Origin: Cetorhinus maximus | Taxonomy: Eukaryota | Assembly: GCF_964194155.1 (NCBI RefSeq) | Contig: NC_135880.1 | Span: 205,902,001-205,966,000, forward strand | DNA: 64,000 bases | Direction: 5' to 3' | Shown: positions 62,353 through 64,000 of the stretch, piece after piece | Position numbering within the stretch: position 1 is the stretch's first letter | How the letters are laid out: every line of letters begins with the position of its first letter | Position numbers and translations under genes: made by a program | Notes under the pieces: generated by a model | Told to the model about the DNA's origin: nothing | Database searches by the model: none | Seen by the model: the letters and a program-made list of their open reading frames with translations, nothing else

Positions 62353-64000
62353 GTATAACAGATTTTATTCTCCTGAAGTATTCTGGTTAAATATTTATCA
62401 ATAAAATAGATGAACAATTTCTTAATCCTCCAATAACATTAATTGCAATTGCACATCAAGGAAACAAGGTAATATTGTCACATAGAACAAACACTATCTT
62501 TGCTGGGTTTAGCTTGAATGTTCACTAAAAGCTGGCAATATTCCCAAAGTCACTGTATTCCAGCATTATGCAATCTGAATACTAATAGAAGGCTGATTAG
62601 TTTCATGCTAAGTCCTTGAAATGACTGCATCACCTTAATACCTCTAATCCTAGTACAGATGATCTTCACTGAATACATAATAATTCTCATTAGTTGTTGT
62701 CTTGCATCCCTCACTTGATTGACGAAGTATGGAATAAAATCACTACTCGTGGAGGAATCCTTGAAGCATTACATTTCCTAAATTTAATGCCATATCCTCA
62801 TATAGAAAGAGCTGTAAGATAAAATTAAGGAAATAGTCACAGAGAGAACATAAGCTATTGTCTGTTCTCAAAGAAAACTGATAAATGCTGACTTTGGGGT
62901 ATGGACAGTAATATTGTGGAACAAAGGATATTGTTAAACTTTATAAATTACTGTACAGATTTAGATCATATTTTAAGAGACTATAGGCCATTCTGACAGT
63001 TACTAAGTCTCTAAGTAGTATTATTTTGGACAGTCTGAGTTTTGTTCCCGGTAGAGGTGAGTCTACGACACAAATTGGTCTCAAATTTGTATTAACTGAG
63101 ACTTATATTTCTGTCACTTTACAGAAAAGGTCTCATTAACAATGGGACATGGAACTGTTATGTTTATTTGTTGGCGCTGCAGAATGATATTGAGTGTAAT
63201 GATATGTTATGAGTTTTTATAGAGTTCCTTTACTTCAGTGAAGGCTAATGTTTCATATAATTTGAATATGAGAGTCAGAGACATTCGTTTAGCAATCAGT
63301 ACTCATCTGACTGGTTTGATGGAGTCAGTGCCAAACAGAGAGACTGAATAGCAAGTTATTAGCAGGGCCCAGAACTTGTGAACGTTCCCCCTGTGCCATC
63401 AAATGGCTTGACTTTGCAGTCACTGTGAACGAAGGGCATTCACCATTCAATATATTTACATTTGCCCATAGACTTCCAATGGCCTTTTGCACTGGAAGTT
63501 GTGCCAATTCGAGATCCATATCAGCATTCCTCCTTCTGTAAGGTTTTTGGTACATGGGTCAGCAAAGAAAGCAACATTATATCTGCACACCAATCAGATT
63601 GTAGAATCCTTACGGAGACACATAGGCCAGGATGTTCTGGTTCCGCCTGCGTCGTGAACTGTTGAGGGCAGGAACAGAAAATTTGGAGAGGCAGCCAAAA
63701 GTCCATTGACTTTCGACGGGACCTGATAATCCTACCCATAGAACCTAAACCAGGAAGTGTAAATTTAAATACTTAATTCAATGTAAAATCATGTACAGAA
63801 AGTGAAATCAAGAGAGACAAAAGAAGATGGGATTAAGAGTGAGAAATAAAGATACAGAAATAAACAGTTAAAACAACTACATTTTTAATTTTTAAGAATA
63901 ACTTAAATCTGAAGGAATAAGATTCCACACTTGTAAATATTAACATTCAGTGTTCTTTGGTAGTAATTAAGACTTAACATATAATGAAAAATTCACTTAC

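Overview
Vertebrate genomic DNA. The repeat complement (CR1-type LINEs with an esterase ORF1, Penelope-like GIY-YIG elements, a Deu-domain SINE) suggests a cartilaginous fish (inference). Two complete spliced genes can be rebuilt by hand with GT-AG boundaries and consistent phases. REXO2 (oligoribonuclease) has 7 coding exons on the - strand, 18859->9914, 277 aa. RBM7 (RRM subunit of the NEXT complex) has 5 coding exons on the + strand, 40947->49722, 306 aa. They are divergent and about 22 kb apart. A GC-rich 5' end of a third, unidentified - strand gene with an RFX X-box probably lies at 350-630. Most of the rest is transposon-derived: CR1, L2 and RTE LINEs, SINEs, a Gypsy relic, and a solo LTR with a 4-bp TSD. 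The most distinctive structure is a population of Penelope-like elements and their miniature fold-back derivatives. These are flanked by 11-15 bp target-site duplications and carry minimal hammerhead-ribozyme-like motifs, often with a non-canonical CUGUUGA core. One forms a long hairpin in the REXO2 3'UTR, and two motifs lie in tandem 131 nt apart. Exon coordinates were counted by hand; repeat boundaries without a TSD are approximate.
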